Assembly: GCA_963662275.1 (NCBI GenBank)
Contig: OY759316.1
Span: 2,432,001 to 2,496,000 of the forward strand
Origin: Candidatus Cloacimonadales bacterium
GTDB taxonomy: Bacteria; Cloacimonadota; Cloacimonadia; Cloacimonadales; DAONDQ01
Length of the DNA stretch: 64,000 bases
Direction: 5' to 3'
Shown: in pieces, positions 11,303 to 22,300 of the stretch
Layout: each line of letters starts with the position of its first letter
How positions within the stretch are numbered: position 1 is the first letter of the stretch
The notes under the pieces: model-generated
Database searches by the model: none
Told to the model about the DNA's origin: nothing
What the model saw: the letters and a program-made list of their open reading frames with translations, nothing else
Position numbers and translations under genes: made by a program

Positions 11303-14275
11303 CTACTTAGCTTGTTTCAGGATTGTCACTGTCAAAGGATTCAATTCTATAGAATGACCAGAGATCATTCTTACTCCAGAAAGATTGGAAACCTTGCTGA
11401 TACCTGCTTCATCATCATCTACAATAATCTCTGAACTTGATAAATCCAAATTCGTATTGAACTGTCTTTGCCTATTATCTGCATTGACAAATACAAAGTA
11501 CTTTGTCCCGTCAGTTGCCGTACACTGGTAGGCAATCGCCACGTCATTAGATTTGATATCAGGGCTTTGAATCATTTGAACATTAGAACGCACTAATGTC
11601 TCAGTTCCCAACCTGAAGGCATCTGTTGAACGTCTGAGTTTAATCAAACCGGAAGTATAATTCATCGTTAGTTGTGATACTCCAGGTGTAGTTACTTTTT
11701 CCCAATCGAACTTATTCAGAGCATCTGAAGAATCGTAGGTATCCTGGATGAAATATGGATACTGCAAGCCTTGAACCGTGGTATATTTATCCTGTGGTTT
11801 ACCTTCAGCACGCCATTGCTTGGTTCTGCCATATTCCTGTCCTGCATGTAGGAAAGCAATTCCCTGGCTTGTTAGAACTATAGCATTTCCGATGCGTAAT
11901 CGTTTCTGGATTTCATTCTCATCAGCCTGGATATCAGGGTCTTTCTTCAGTGTAACGGCAATGATATCATGAACTGTCAGATTGTCATGCGCTTCGATGT
12001 ACTGAACGACATCACCGGGGTCATCTTCTTTCATATTGACAGGTTTACCGATTAGATCATTGAAAATCATTTGAATATTACGAGCACCACCTGTAATAAA
12101 ACGAGGCTGTCCTTCACTGCCAAAACCTGATTTGAGTTCATTACGGAATTCATCCGAAAAACAGGCGGCTGCATCGCTCTGGCTAACCCAATCCTGGTCA
12201 GCAGCTACACGTTTATCGCCATCATCACCGCTATAGGTTTTCCAACCTTCGCCAATAAAGACAATATTCGGATTTAACTGGCTTGTTTTGTTATATGCAA
12301 GCTGAACTGTCTCTGCATCTAAATCCCCCATCAGGTCAAAACGGAAACCATCAACCTTATATTCACTCACCCAATAGATCATAGAATCTGTGATCAATTT
12401 GCGAGTCATGTAATGAGTCGTACCGGGTCTGCCACCGCCGTAACTTAATTTTGGCTTTCCATCCTTATCCATGAAATGGTAATAATTGGGAACTATATCT
12501 TCCAGGATAGAAAGCTTGGCTGTGTGATTATAAACAGCATCCAGGATTACACCCATTCCTCTTTTATGGATTTCATTAATCAATTCTTTCAATTCAGTAA
12601 TACGTAATTGAGGATCAGAGGAATTGGTAGAGTACATACCTTCGGGAGTAAAGTAATTATGAGGATCATATCCCCAATTGTAATTATTGTTTTGGGTTGA
12701 GTATTGTGTTTCACGAATACCATTCTTCATTTCAGTACCGAAATAGTAGTTCATAATAGGGAGTAATTGCACATGAGTCACACCCAGGGATTTAATATAG
12801 TCCAGTTTCTCAATAAATGCCTTATAAGTGCCGAATTGTGCTTTTGTTGTGATACTGGGGTCTGATGTGAAATCACGGACATGTACTTCATAGATAATCG
12901 TATCTTCTCTCTTTGTGAAACCGTCGATATTTGCATACTGAAGCTTTACTCCAATTGCTGAAGGATTCACAATGGCAGCTTTTCCCGCAGTATCTTTGCT
13001 TTCACTGTTAAAGGCAGCCATGGATTTAGCATATGGATCCAGTACTTCTTTAGTAATACCCTGGTTTGTCACAGAATAAGAGTAACATTGCTCAAGCAGA
13101 TCTTCACTCAGTTTTGTACTCCAAACACCTTTATCCCCTTTTACCATAGTGACTCGCTTATAGGAATTAGCAGATTCTTCACCTTTATGGAAAAGATTCA
13201 ATACAACGGCAGAAGCCAAAGGTGACCAGAGCTTGAATTCCGTGCTTGTTGGTGTATAGAAACATCCCAGTTCACCATCATAGCTGAATAATGCATCGAT
13301 GCTTTTCCAATCCGTACCTGAATTGGCAATCATCTCTCCACATTTGATTTGATACTTTTGAGCTATGTCTAATTTCTCCTTCATCTGAAGGACTACTTTT
13401 GTATCGTTAATTGGTATTTGTTTCAGGATTGTGATAGCTTTATCATTGAGTAAGACTTGCATGTTGCCTTGATACTTTGATCTGAACTCAACGGTAATCT
13501 CATTTTCAGAAGTAATCGTTGCCTTTTCAATCCGATTAGCTGTGTTTTTTTGCACATCATCATATTTCGTATAAACAGCAGGATCAGTTGTAATAACATA
13601 TGCTTCTTTATTGAGAGCTGGAAGAGGAAACTTACGGTCAGCTCCAACATCTTTCTGATCACCGTTATGTACGATAAAGTTCAATGTACCAGTGCCTTTG
13701 TAGAGAATATCCCAATAAACTCCTTTATCCGAAGTACCAGATGGCTTTAGAGCTGCATTCCAGTTTGCTGTGGTTCCATCATAGCCATCTCCCCAAACAT
13801 GCAATCCCCAACCTGTGTATTGATTGTCAAAACGAATGTAATATAAACGTACTGATTTGTTCGCTTGCCCGGGAGCTATCTTCACCATATCAGAGGCATT
13901 TGCCTGCGCATCAGCAAGAGAAAGGTAAGTGCTGGCGTCTTCCGTAATTGTCCAGATCGCTTTATTGGTTTTTGGATCTGGATATGTTCGGTCTCCATCA
14001 GGATCTTTCTGGTCACCTTTATGAATGATGAACTGTATATCACCGGTACCGGAATATGTTATCTCCCAAACAGCACCATATTCAGAGATTGATTTTGGTT
14101 GAAGAGCTTTGCTCCATTCAACAGCTTCTCCGGCATAGCCACTACCCCATACATGCAAACCCCAACCGGTATATTGTTTATCATACCGATGATAATTGAT
14201 TTGCAGGGTTTCAGCAAAGAGCACACTGCTTAAGAATACCAACAATAGTATTGAACATAAGATAGATATTTTCAT
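11303..14275 (-). CDS. pulA: Secreted type I pullulanase (GH13) with two CBM41-like domains
   Basis: Two YxGWGLHVWG modules; YNWGYDP, DAVYNH, DGFRFDLMG, GEGW and YIEAHDNLT motifs; signal peptide. Confidence 0.9.
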   Translation of the reverse strand: MKISILCSILLLVFLSSVLFAETLQINYHRYDKQYTGWGLHVWGSGYAGEAVEWSKALQPKSISEYGAVWEITYSGTGDIQFIIHKGDQKDPDGDRTYPDPKTNKAIWTITEDASTYLSLADAQANASDMVKIAPGQANKSVRLYYIRFDNQYTGWGLHVWGDGYDGTTANWNAALKPSGTSDKGVYWDILYKGTGTLNFIVHNGDQKDVGADRKFPLPALNKEAYVITTDPAVYTKYDDVQKNTANRIEKATITSENEITVEFRSKYQGNMQVLLNDKAITILKQIPINDTKVVLQMKEKLDIAQKYQIKCGEMIANSGTDWKSIDALFSYDGELGCFYTPTSTEFKLWSPLASAVVLNLFHKGEESANSYKRVTMVKGDKGVWSTKLSEDLLEQCYSYSVTNQGITKEVLDPYAKSMAAFNSESKDTAGKAAIVNPSAIGVKLQYANIDGFTKREDTIIYEVHVRDFTSDPSITTKAQFGTYKAFIEKLDYIKSLGVTHVQLLPIMNYYFGTEMKNGIRETQYSTQNNNYNWGYDPHNYFTPEGMYSTNSSDPQLRITELKELINEIHKRGMGVILDAVYNHTAKLSILEDIVPNYYHFMDKDGKPKLSYGGGRPGTTHYMTRKLITDSMIYWVSEYKVDGFRFDLMGDLDAETVQLAYNKTSQLNPNIVFIGEGWKTYSGDDGDKRVAADQDWVSQSDAAACFSDEFRNELKSGFGSEGQPRFITGGARNIQMIFNDLIGKPVNMKEDDPGDVVQYIEAHDNLTVHDIIAVTLKKDPDIQADENEIQKRLRIGNAIVLTSQGIAFLHAGQEYGRTKQWRAEGKPQDKYTTVQGLQYPYFIQDTYDSSDALNKFDWEKVTTPGVSQLTMNYTSGLIKLRRSTDAFRLGTETLVRSNVQMIQSPDIKSNDVAIAYQCTATDGTKYFVFVNADNRQRQFNTNLDLSSSEIIVDDDEAGISKVSNLSGVRMISGHSIELNPLTVTILKQAK

Positions 14276-14557
14276 AGTTCCTACTCCAACATACGTATTT
14301 GTTTATGATGCAAGATACTTATTATAATGATTGAATTAGCGTCCAGATAATAATTTACATTGATAGGAAATGGAAGAGAAAACTAATCCATTATAAGATA
14401 AATCAAAAGTATTAATATATTGACAGGATTTTATACATTTTGCATTTTAACCAATCTGGTTGTAGGAAATTAAAAATTACTTAGACTAATATAGTGTGTA
14501 GTATAGACTTAACCCATTTTTCAATCATTTTACTGAAACAAATAAATAAATTGAAGG

Positions 14558-17500
14558 ATGTCTATTATGTTTTACAAATCTTTAATTCTACTTTTCCTAT
14601 TAACAGTCCTCTCAACTTTATGCTATTCTACAGCGACAACTGACTATTTTCGATCAAATGGGTCTGGGTCATGGGCTAATGCAGGTACATGGCAATCTTC
14701 TTCTGATAATTCAAACTGGGTTCCATCCACATTAGCACCTACAACAGCAGCGAACACTATCACAATTCGTAGTGGAAACATAGTCACCGTTGATGCTACA
14801 CTCTCTACTGATCAGACGACTGTAGATGCTGAAGGAGAAATTGATGTCAGTAGTGGTATAACCATGACAATTGCAAATGGCAGTGGTACAGACATGACAG
14901 TCAATGGTATCTTCAGAAACAATGCAGGAACTATTACAACGACTGGAGCTACCTTATCTTTCGGTAGTGGCGGAAAATATCAACATAATTATGTTACTGC
15001 TTCGGGTGCAATTCCTCTTGCAACTTGGAATGCTGCATCAACTTGTGAAATCATCGGTTATGCAACCTGGTCAAATCCCCCTTCTAATCTAGGACAAAGC
15101 TTCGGTAATTTTACCTGGAATTGTCCTTCACAAAACGGAAATATCAGTGCTGGTGGTGCCTTAACTTCAATAGCTGGCAATTTAACTATTGCCAGTACCG
15201 GTGCATCTGCAAAGGAATTTCGATTAGCTGCAACAACGTCACCAACATTAAATATCGGTGGTAATTTAATCCTTTCGGGTGGAACGCTGAATCTGAGTTC
15301 CGGTACAGGGAGCCCGGTTATTAATGTTGCAGGTTACTTGATGATTTCAAATGGAATATTAAACATGAGTTCCAGTTCTGGAAGTAGTACTATTAATTTA
15401 TCCGGGAATTATACAATGACAGGAGGTAATTTAACTGAGACAGGATCTGGTGCTGCCAATAGCTTCAATTTCGCAGGAACAATACCACAGATAATTTCGT
15501 TGACAGGTACACAGATCATCAGCAATACAATCAATTTTACTGTGAATAGCAGCGCAATAGTACAATTTGAAACATCTTCCACTGTTTTGGGTGGATCTGA
15601 TGGTTCTTTTACTGCAGCCACGACATCAACATTAATGATAAAACATCCAAACGGTATCACTGCTTCTGGTACATCGGGGTGTATTCAGACCACTGGTACC
15701 CGAACATTTAATGTTGCTGCTAATTATACTTATAATGGCAACAGCATGCAATATACAGGAAATGGGTTACCAACAGCCGTCAATAATCTAACTATTAACA
15801 ATATTGCAGGGGTAACCTTATCTGCTTCTTGTTCAGTAAGTGGTTTAATCTTATCAACACCACTAACAATTGGCTCCAATGTTTTAAGTATTGCCGGAAG
15901 TGTTTCCGGCACAGGCGGTTTAATTGGGGGCTCTACTTCAAATCTCAGTGTCAGTGGCAGTGGTTCTATTGTATTGCCTGTAATTTCTTCGGGATTGAAT
16001 AATTTTAGTGTGACACGATCGAATGGCGTTACCCTCGGATGTTCAGTTACTGTAAGCGGGACATTTACTTTTACGAGCGGAACTTCATTAACCTTAGATG
16101 TAGGAATCTATACACTTACAATCAATGGAACTGCCAGATTTAATGCTACCAATTATATAACTGGAGCAGGTAGTTTCATTCTAACAAGCGGAGCTACGCT
16201 TCAAACGTCCAATTCGTTGGGAATTATTGGTGGTAGCAGTCCCCAAGGAAGTGTGCAAACTGTTACTCGTAATTTTGACACAAGTGCCAATTACACATTT
16301 AGTGCTACAAGTACAAACATTAATACTGGAGGGGGATTACCTTCTGCTGTCAACAATCTAACTATAAGTGGTCCGTATGCAGTATATTTATCCACATGGG
16401 CATGTACAGTTAACGGAATATTAACTGTTACAAATAGTGTTTTCTATGTTGCAGGCGGGCAAGTACTTTCAGTACATGGAACTGCTGTCTTTGATGCGAC
16501 TAGTACTATATACAGTTTATCATCCGGAAGTGTTTTTCAATTAGAAAGTGGAGCTACACTTAAAACAGCTAATGTAGATGGAATTAGAGCTTCAGGGGCT
16601 TATGGGAGCATTCAAACTACAATACGTTCTTATGATACTGGAGCTAATTATACATATAATGGAACTTCAGCCCAAACAACGGGAACTGGTTTACCTGCTA
16701 ATGTACATGATCTAACAATTATTAATCCAGCCGGGGTTACATTAACCTATTCATGTGCTGTTGAAGGTACATTTACTTTATCTTCAGGAAATATTGATTC
16801 TAATTCAAAAACACTTACGATTAACGGGACAGCCATTTTCAATGCTTCAAATTATGTGAGTGGTGCTGGAAGCTTTGTTTTAGCCAGTGGGGCAAACCTT
16901 CAAACAGCTAATCCACAAGGTATTACTTCGAGTGGATCTGGAAGCGTACGAACAACCACAAGTACTTTCAGTACAAGTGCCAATTATGTCTATAACGGCA
17001 TTGCAACACAAGTTACTGGAAGCAGTTTACCGGCAACCGTTAACAATCTGACGATCAGTAATAATGCCGGAATATCATTGTCTAACTCATGTTCTGTCAG
17101 CTCTGTTTTAACCTTAACCACACCATTGACTATTGGAGCTTATACTCTGACAATTGCCGGTTCAATTTCCGGTACAGGGGGATTAGTTGGCGGTAATTCA
17201 TCCAATCTTTCTATAAATGGTACCGGTCCAATTGTTATACCTTCTGTAATATCTTTAAATAATCTAATTATCAATCGAACAGGCGTTGTTTCTCTGGTCT
17301 ATTCACTTAGCGTGAACGGATCTCTAATATTATTAACAGATCTTACTATCGGTGCATACTCTTTAACAATTTCTGGTTCAATTCCAACTGTTATCGGTGG
17401 TCTCATCAGTGGAAGCAGTTCCGATCTAGTTATTGGTGGAAGTGGTGCCTTGATATTACCTGCCATTACTTCTGGTTTGCGGAATTTATCAATCAATAGA

Positions 17501-19309
17501 AGCGGTACTGTTACACTTGGAAGCTCGCTTTCAATAAGTAATACACTAACATTGACTTCCGACCTGTCGATAGGTTCAAACACACTGACAATCAACGGTA
17601 CAATTCCATCCAGTACAGGTGGTCTTATAGGAGGAAGCTCTTCTAATATTGTTATTGATGGCAGCACTGTCATGACAATGCCTTCTATTACTTCAGGATT
17701 GCATGATTTAACAATTAATAGAAGTGGTGGAGTTACACTTGCTAATTCCTTATCCATCGGAGGAGAACTTACTTTAACAAATGGTACCTTGGCAGCAGGT
17801 TCTTTTCTGAACATGGCTACAGGATCGACAGTTTTAAGAAGTAACGGTTTGTTGACAGGAACGATACAAGGCAGCGGGATCTATTCAGTTGTTTATACAG
17901 GTACTGATAAATCAACAGGGTATGAATTGACTGGCAGCGGTCTTGGAAACCTGACAATTCATTTGGATAGTGGTAGTACTTTAACGCTTGATCGATCAGT
18001 TACTGTGGATAATGATGAATTATTGACCTTCATACAAGGTTCAATCACGCTAGCAAATTATAATCTTACTATTAATGGAAGTTATGCAGGAACAAATCAA
18101 TTTATCTATAATGGTACCGGCATATTGGGCGGAGGAAATATAGGCAGCAATGCTAACGTACAGATTTCATTATCTTCCCCTGCTTCTATCCCTGCTGTGG
18201 TTAACACTCTTGAAATCTCACCCGGTTCAGGAAATACAATTACTTTACCTGGGGATGTAACAACAACTTCGCTCATCTTTACTAATGGCAGTTTAGCATT
18301 CAATAGCCATATTCTTTCACTGGCCGGGAAAGATTTTGCTGTTCAAGGATCGAATAGCATTTCTGCTTTGAACATCAGTATGTCACCAACATCACACACA
18401 TTCTCCGGATATACAAGCATTCCTCATACCTGGCAAACCAATAGTATCTTCAATGGAACAGTGGATATTTTTCTCACCTACCCTTCCTCTTTATCGATTT
18501 CACCGAAAATGAAAGTATATAACAGAAATCATTCGGATGGAGAAACAAACTGGAATTTCATCGCTCTATTGGATTCCAATGATCATGATACCTATAGGTC
18601 TGTTCATCTGACAGGAATTACTACTTTGAATGGTTCTGCTAAAGGTGATCTTGATTGGACTCTTGTTGAACCGGATCAGGATTTACCTGTGGAATTAACT
18701 TCCTTTACTGCGATATCTTCTACTTCTCAGTTGTTGGTGACTTTACAATGGACTTCAGGATCTGAAACTAATAACCTGGGGTTCAATATTATAAGGTCGA
18801 ATAACGCAGATCTTTCAAATGGTGTATGCCTGAATGCAAATATTATACAAGGTACTAATACATCTCAAAATCATACATATCATTTCTCTGATCTGACTGT
18901 TGAAGCTTCCAATACATATTACTACTGGCTCGAAAATATCGATTACAGCGGTATTAGTATGTACAACGGACCCGTTATAGTTCAGGTACTTGAACAGGAA
19001 AATCCTGATAATCCTCCTGTAATACCGGTTGAATTCACTCTTTTAGATAAAGCATATCCAAATCCTTTCAACCCGGAAACCAATATTTCCTTTCAATTGA
19101 AAACACCAAGTTTTGTAAATATTACGATTTATGATATTAAGGGACAAAAAATACAGACACTTACTTCTAGGAATTGGGAATTGGGAAGGCATAATCTTGT
19201 TTGGTGTGGAACTGATGAAAAAGGAAATGCTGTTAGTAGCGGTATCTATTTCTATCGAATGATTGCGGGTAAGTACTCTTCAACCAAGAAAGTCGTTCTA
19301 GTGAAGTAA
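14558..19309 (+). CDS. Large Ser/Thr/Gly-rich repetitive beta-strand (beta-helix/adhesin-like) secreted protein with LPVEL module and FlgD-Ig/Por-type tail
   Basis: Signal peptide; repeated ANYTYNG...QxTGxGLPxxVNNLTI units; DLPVELTSF; YPNPFNPET tail. Start may be ATG 14567. Confidence 0.85.
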   Translation: MSIMFYKSLILLFLLTVLSTLCYSTATTDYFRSNGSGSWANAGTWQSSSDNSNWVPSTLAPTTAANTITIRSGNIVTVDATLSTDQTTVDAEGEIDVSSGITMTIANGSGTDMTVNGIFRNNAGTITTTGATLSFGSGGKYQHNYVTASGAIPLATWNAASTCEIIGYATWSNPPSNLGQSFGNFTWNCPSQNGNISAGGALTSIAGNLTIASTGASAKEFRLAATTSPTLNIGGNLILSGGTLNLSSGTGSPVINVAGYLMISNGILNMSSSSGSSTINLSGNYTMTGGNLTETGSGAANSFNFAGTIPQIISLTGTQIISNTINFTVNSSAIVQFETSSTVLGGSDGSFTAATTSTLMIKHPNGITASGTSGCIQTTGTRTFNVAANYTYNGNSMQYTGNGLPTAVNNLTINNIAGVTLSASCSVSGLILSTPLTIGSNVLSIAGSVSGTGGLIGGSTSNLSVSGSGSIVLPVISSGLNNFSVTRSNGVTLGCSVTVSGTFTFTSGTSLTLDVGIYTLTINGTARFNATNYITGAGSFILTSGATLQTSNSLGIIGGSSPQGSVQTVTRNFDTSANYTFSATSTNINTGGGLPSAVNNLTISGPYAVYLSTWACTVNGILTVTNSVFYVAGGQVLSVHGTAVFDATSTIYSLSSGSVFQLESGATLKTANVDGIRASGAYGSIQTTIRSYDTGANYTYNGTSAQTTGTGLPANVHDLTIINPAGVTLTYSCAVEGTFTLSSGNIDSNSKTLTINGTAIFNASNYVSGAGSFVLASGANLQTANPQGITSSGSGSVRTTTSTFSTSANYVYNGIATQVTGSSLPATVNNLTISNNAGISLSNSCSVSSVLTLTTPLTIGAYTLTIAGSISGTGGLVGGNSSNLSINGTGPIVIPSVISLNNLIINRTGVVSLVYSLSVNGSLILLTDLTIGAYSLTISGSIPTVIGGLISGSSSDLVIGGSGALILPAITSGLRNLSINRSGTVTLGSSLSISNTLTLTSDLSIGSNTLTINGTIPSSTGGLIGGSSSNIVIDGSTVMTMPSITSGLHDLTINRSGGVTLANSLSIGGELTLTNGTLAAGSFLNMATGSTVLRSNGLLTGTIQGSGIYSVVYTGTDKSTGYELTGSGLGNLTIHLDSGSTLTLDRSVTVDNDELLTFIQGSITLANYNLTINGSYAGTNQFIYNGTGILGGGNIGSNANVQISLSSPASIPAVVNTLEISPGSGNTITLPGDVTTTSLIFTNGSLAFNSHILSLAGKDFAVQGSNSISALNISMSPTSHTFSGYTSIPHTWQTNSIFNGTVDIFLTYPSSLSISPKMKVYNRNHSDGETNWNFIALLDSNDHDTYRSVHLTGITTLNGSAKGDLDWTLVEPDQDLPVELTSFTAISSTSQLLVTLQWTSGSETNNLGFNIIRSNNADLSNGVCLNANIIQGTNTSQNHTYHFSDLTVEASNTYYYWLENIDYSGISMYNGPVIVQVLEQENPDNPPVIPVEFTLLDKAYPNPFNPETNISFQLKTPSFVNITIYDIKGQKIQTLTSRNWELGRHNLVWCGTDEKGNAVSSGIYFYRMIAGKYSSTKKVVLVK

Positions 19310-19368
19310 GGGCAAATCTATGACTCAGATAATCGTCATAAGTGATTACTACAGATTGGAGTTTTAAA

Positions 19369-22300
19369 ATGAGTAATAAATTGATTACAATTCTCTTTCT
19401 CTTTTTGGGAATAACAGCTCTTTGTTTTGCACAATCAGTAACTTTAAGTTCACCAGATCAAATAGCTGCAGGTAATGCAACTCAAGGTAATGTAAAACAA
19501 GTTATCTTCCATTTTCACCTGAACCGGGATAATGTTGGTATCATAAATTTAACAGGAGTTAATTTTACTACCGGTGGGAATTATCAAGCCAGTGATTTAA
19601 CCAGGTTTCAATTATGGTTCAGCGGAGCTGATAATATTTCTTCAGCAGTTCAAATCAGCTCTGATATTACCACGAACATGGGACCTGGATCGCATACATT
19701 CTCCTCATTTTCAACCTTACTTGCTGCAAGTTATACTCGATATTTATTTGTAACAGCAGACATTGCACTCAATGCTACCACTTCAAAATATGTGAATGTA
19801 TCCGGATGGTCAACAAGCAACTTCATTGTTAGTTCTGGTGCAAAATCAGGCACAGCTCCGGCAGGAGGGGCGCAAACCATCACTCCTTTTACTACTTTAG
19901 CAACAGACTACTTTCGTTCTAATTCAACAATCGGTAACTGGTCGTCTCCAGGATTCTGGCAATCGTCTCACGATAATATTACCTGGGCAACTGCAACCTT
20001 ATCTCCTTCAAGTACAGCGAATACGATTACTGTTCTCAGTGGTCATTCAGTTAATTTCGATACCAGTATTTCCATAGATCAAACTGTCATCAATGCTGGT
20101 GGGCAAGTAATGATAAGTAATGGCACAACACTTACAATTGCCGATGGTTCAGGCACAGATCTGACTGTGAATGGAACTCTGAGAAATAATGAGGGAATCA
20201 TCATTACATCGGGAATCCTTGCTTTTGGTAGCGGAGGTTTATACCAATGTAATTTTGCATCAATAGTAGGGGTAATTCCAACTGCTACCTGGAACACAAA
20301 TTCAACCTGTGAAATTATTGGTTATACTAACTTTTCTGGCATTCAAACCGGGTTAAGCCAGAATTTTGGTAATTTTAAATGGAATTGTCCAGACCAAACA
20401 GCAAACATCACAGCAAATTCAACACTTCTGACAGTGAAAGGGAATTTGGAAATCGCTGCTGGACAATTTCAATTAACTGCAACAGGTACTCCTTCACTTG
20501 CCTTAGGTGGTGGATTGAATATTTCCGGCGGAACATTGGATATGAGTTCAGGCACTGGAAATGCAGTAATTAATCTTAAGGGTAATTTTACCATGTCTGG
20601 AGGTGTCCTTACTGAAACTGGTTCTGGAGCAGCAAATAATATAAACTTTAGTGGAACAACAGCGCAAGTGATTTCAATCACAGGTCTATCAACCATCAGT
20701 AATACCATTAATTTTGCAGTAAATAGCAGTGCTATAGCGGAGTTTGAAACAGAATCGACAGTTTTAAATGGTTCAATAGGTACTTTTACAGTAAACAGCG
20801 GTTCAACATTGATAATCAGGCATGAAAATGGTATTGCATCCACAGGGAACAACTCTGGTTGTATACAAATAACAGGTACCAGGACATTCAGTTCTACCGC
20901 AACATACTCATTCAAAGGTTATGCAAATCAAGCTACTGGAAATGGATTACCAACGACTATCAGCAACTTAATCGTGAATCATGATGGTGGTGGAGTCACT
21001 TTATCCGGTGCATGTACTGTTACGACTGCATTATCATTATATACTGCTCTTTCAATAGATGCAAACACATTGACACTCAACGGAACGGTACCAGTTCGTA
21101 CAGGTGGGATTATTGGTGGAAATTCTTCAAACTTGGTTATTGGTGGAACTGCCTCCTTAACGATACCTGAAATCAATTCCGGTTTACAGAATTTGACAAT
21201 CAATGGTAACGGCGCAATTACTTTGGGAAACTCAGTTACAATTTATAATATCTTTACCCTCGCTTCATCCGGCAATGGATATTTGAGTGTGGGGAATTAT
21301 ACTTTAACGATTAACGGAACTGCCGTTTTCAATGCGTTAAGCTATGTAAGTGGAGCAGGCAGTTTTGTATTAGCGAGTGGAGCTACCCTTCAAACCCCTA
21401 ATACTTCAGGAATTACATTAAGTGGAACAACAGGAAGCGTTCGAACTACCACGCGTATTTTCAACACAGATTCAAATTATTCCTACAATGGTACTTCGGC
21501 ACAGTTAACCGGAAATGGATTACCGGATACCGTCCATGATCTGACAACCACAAATCTTTATGGAGTTACCATATCTACGTCTTGTATTGTAAATGGAACC
21601 TTTACTCCTTCCGGTGATTTATTTATAGGAAATAATAGTGTCATTACGGTAATGGGAGCAGCTGTTTTTAATACTTTATATTATGTTAGTGATGCTTCAA
21701 GCAGTGCCAGTACTTTTATTCTATCAAGTGGAGCTACCCTTCAAACAGCACATGCTGCAGGTATTACTTCGAGTGGTGCAACCGGCAGTGTACGGACAAC
21801 CGTACGATCTTTCAATTCCAATGCCAATTACACTTATAATGGCACAGTAGCTCAGGTAACAGGTAGCGGATTACCAGCTTCTGTTTTGAATCTAACTGTC
21901 AGTAATGCTGCTGGAGTAACATTATCCGGCTCCTGTGCTGTCAATGGAGTTTTTACACCTTCAACAGGGTATCTAAATGTTGGTAATTATTTACTGAATA
22001 TTAATGGAACAGCCAGATTTAATGCTACAAATTATGTTATCGGTGCTGGTAGTTTTATTTTAGCCAATCATGCTACACTTGAAACAGCGAATGTGAATGG
22101 CATTACAACCAGCGGTGGTGGTAGTGTCCAGACAAATACTCGAATATTCAATACAAATGCTAATTATGTTTTTAATGGCACGACGGCTCAAGTAACAGGA
22201 AATGGGTTACCGGGAACTGTTCGTGATTTGACTGCCAGTAATATTGCAGCGCTTACTTTATCAGGTTCCTGTAATGTTAATGGCACATTTACACAATCTG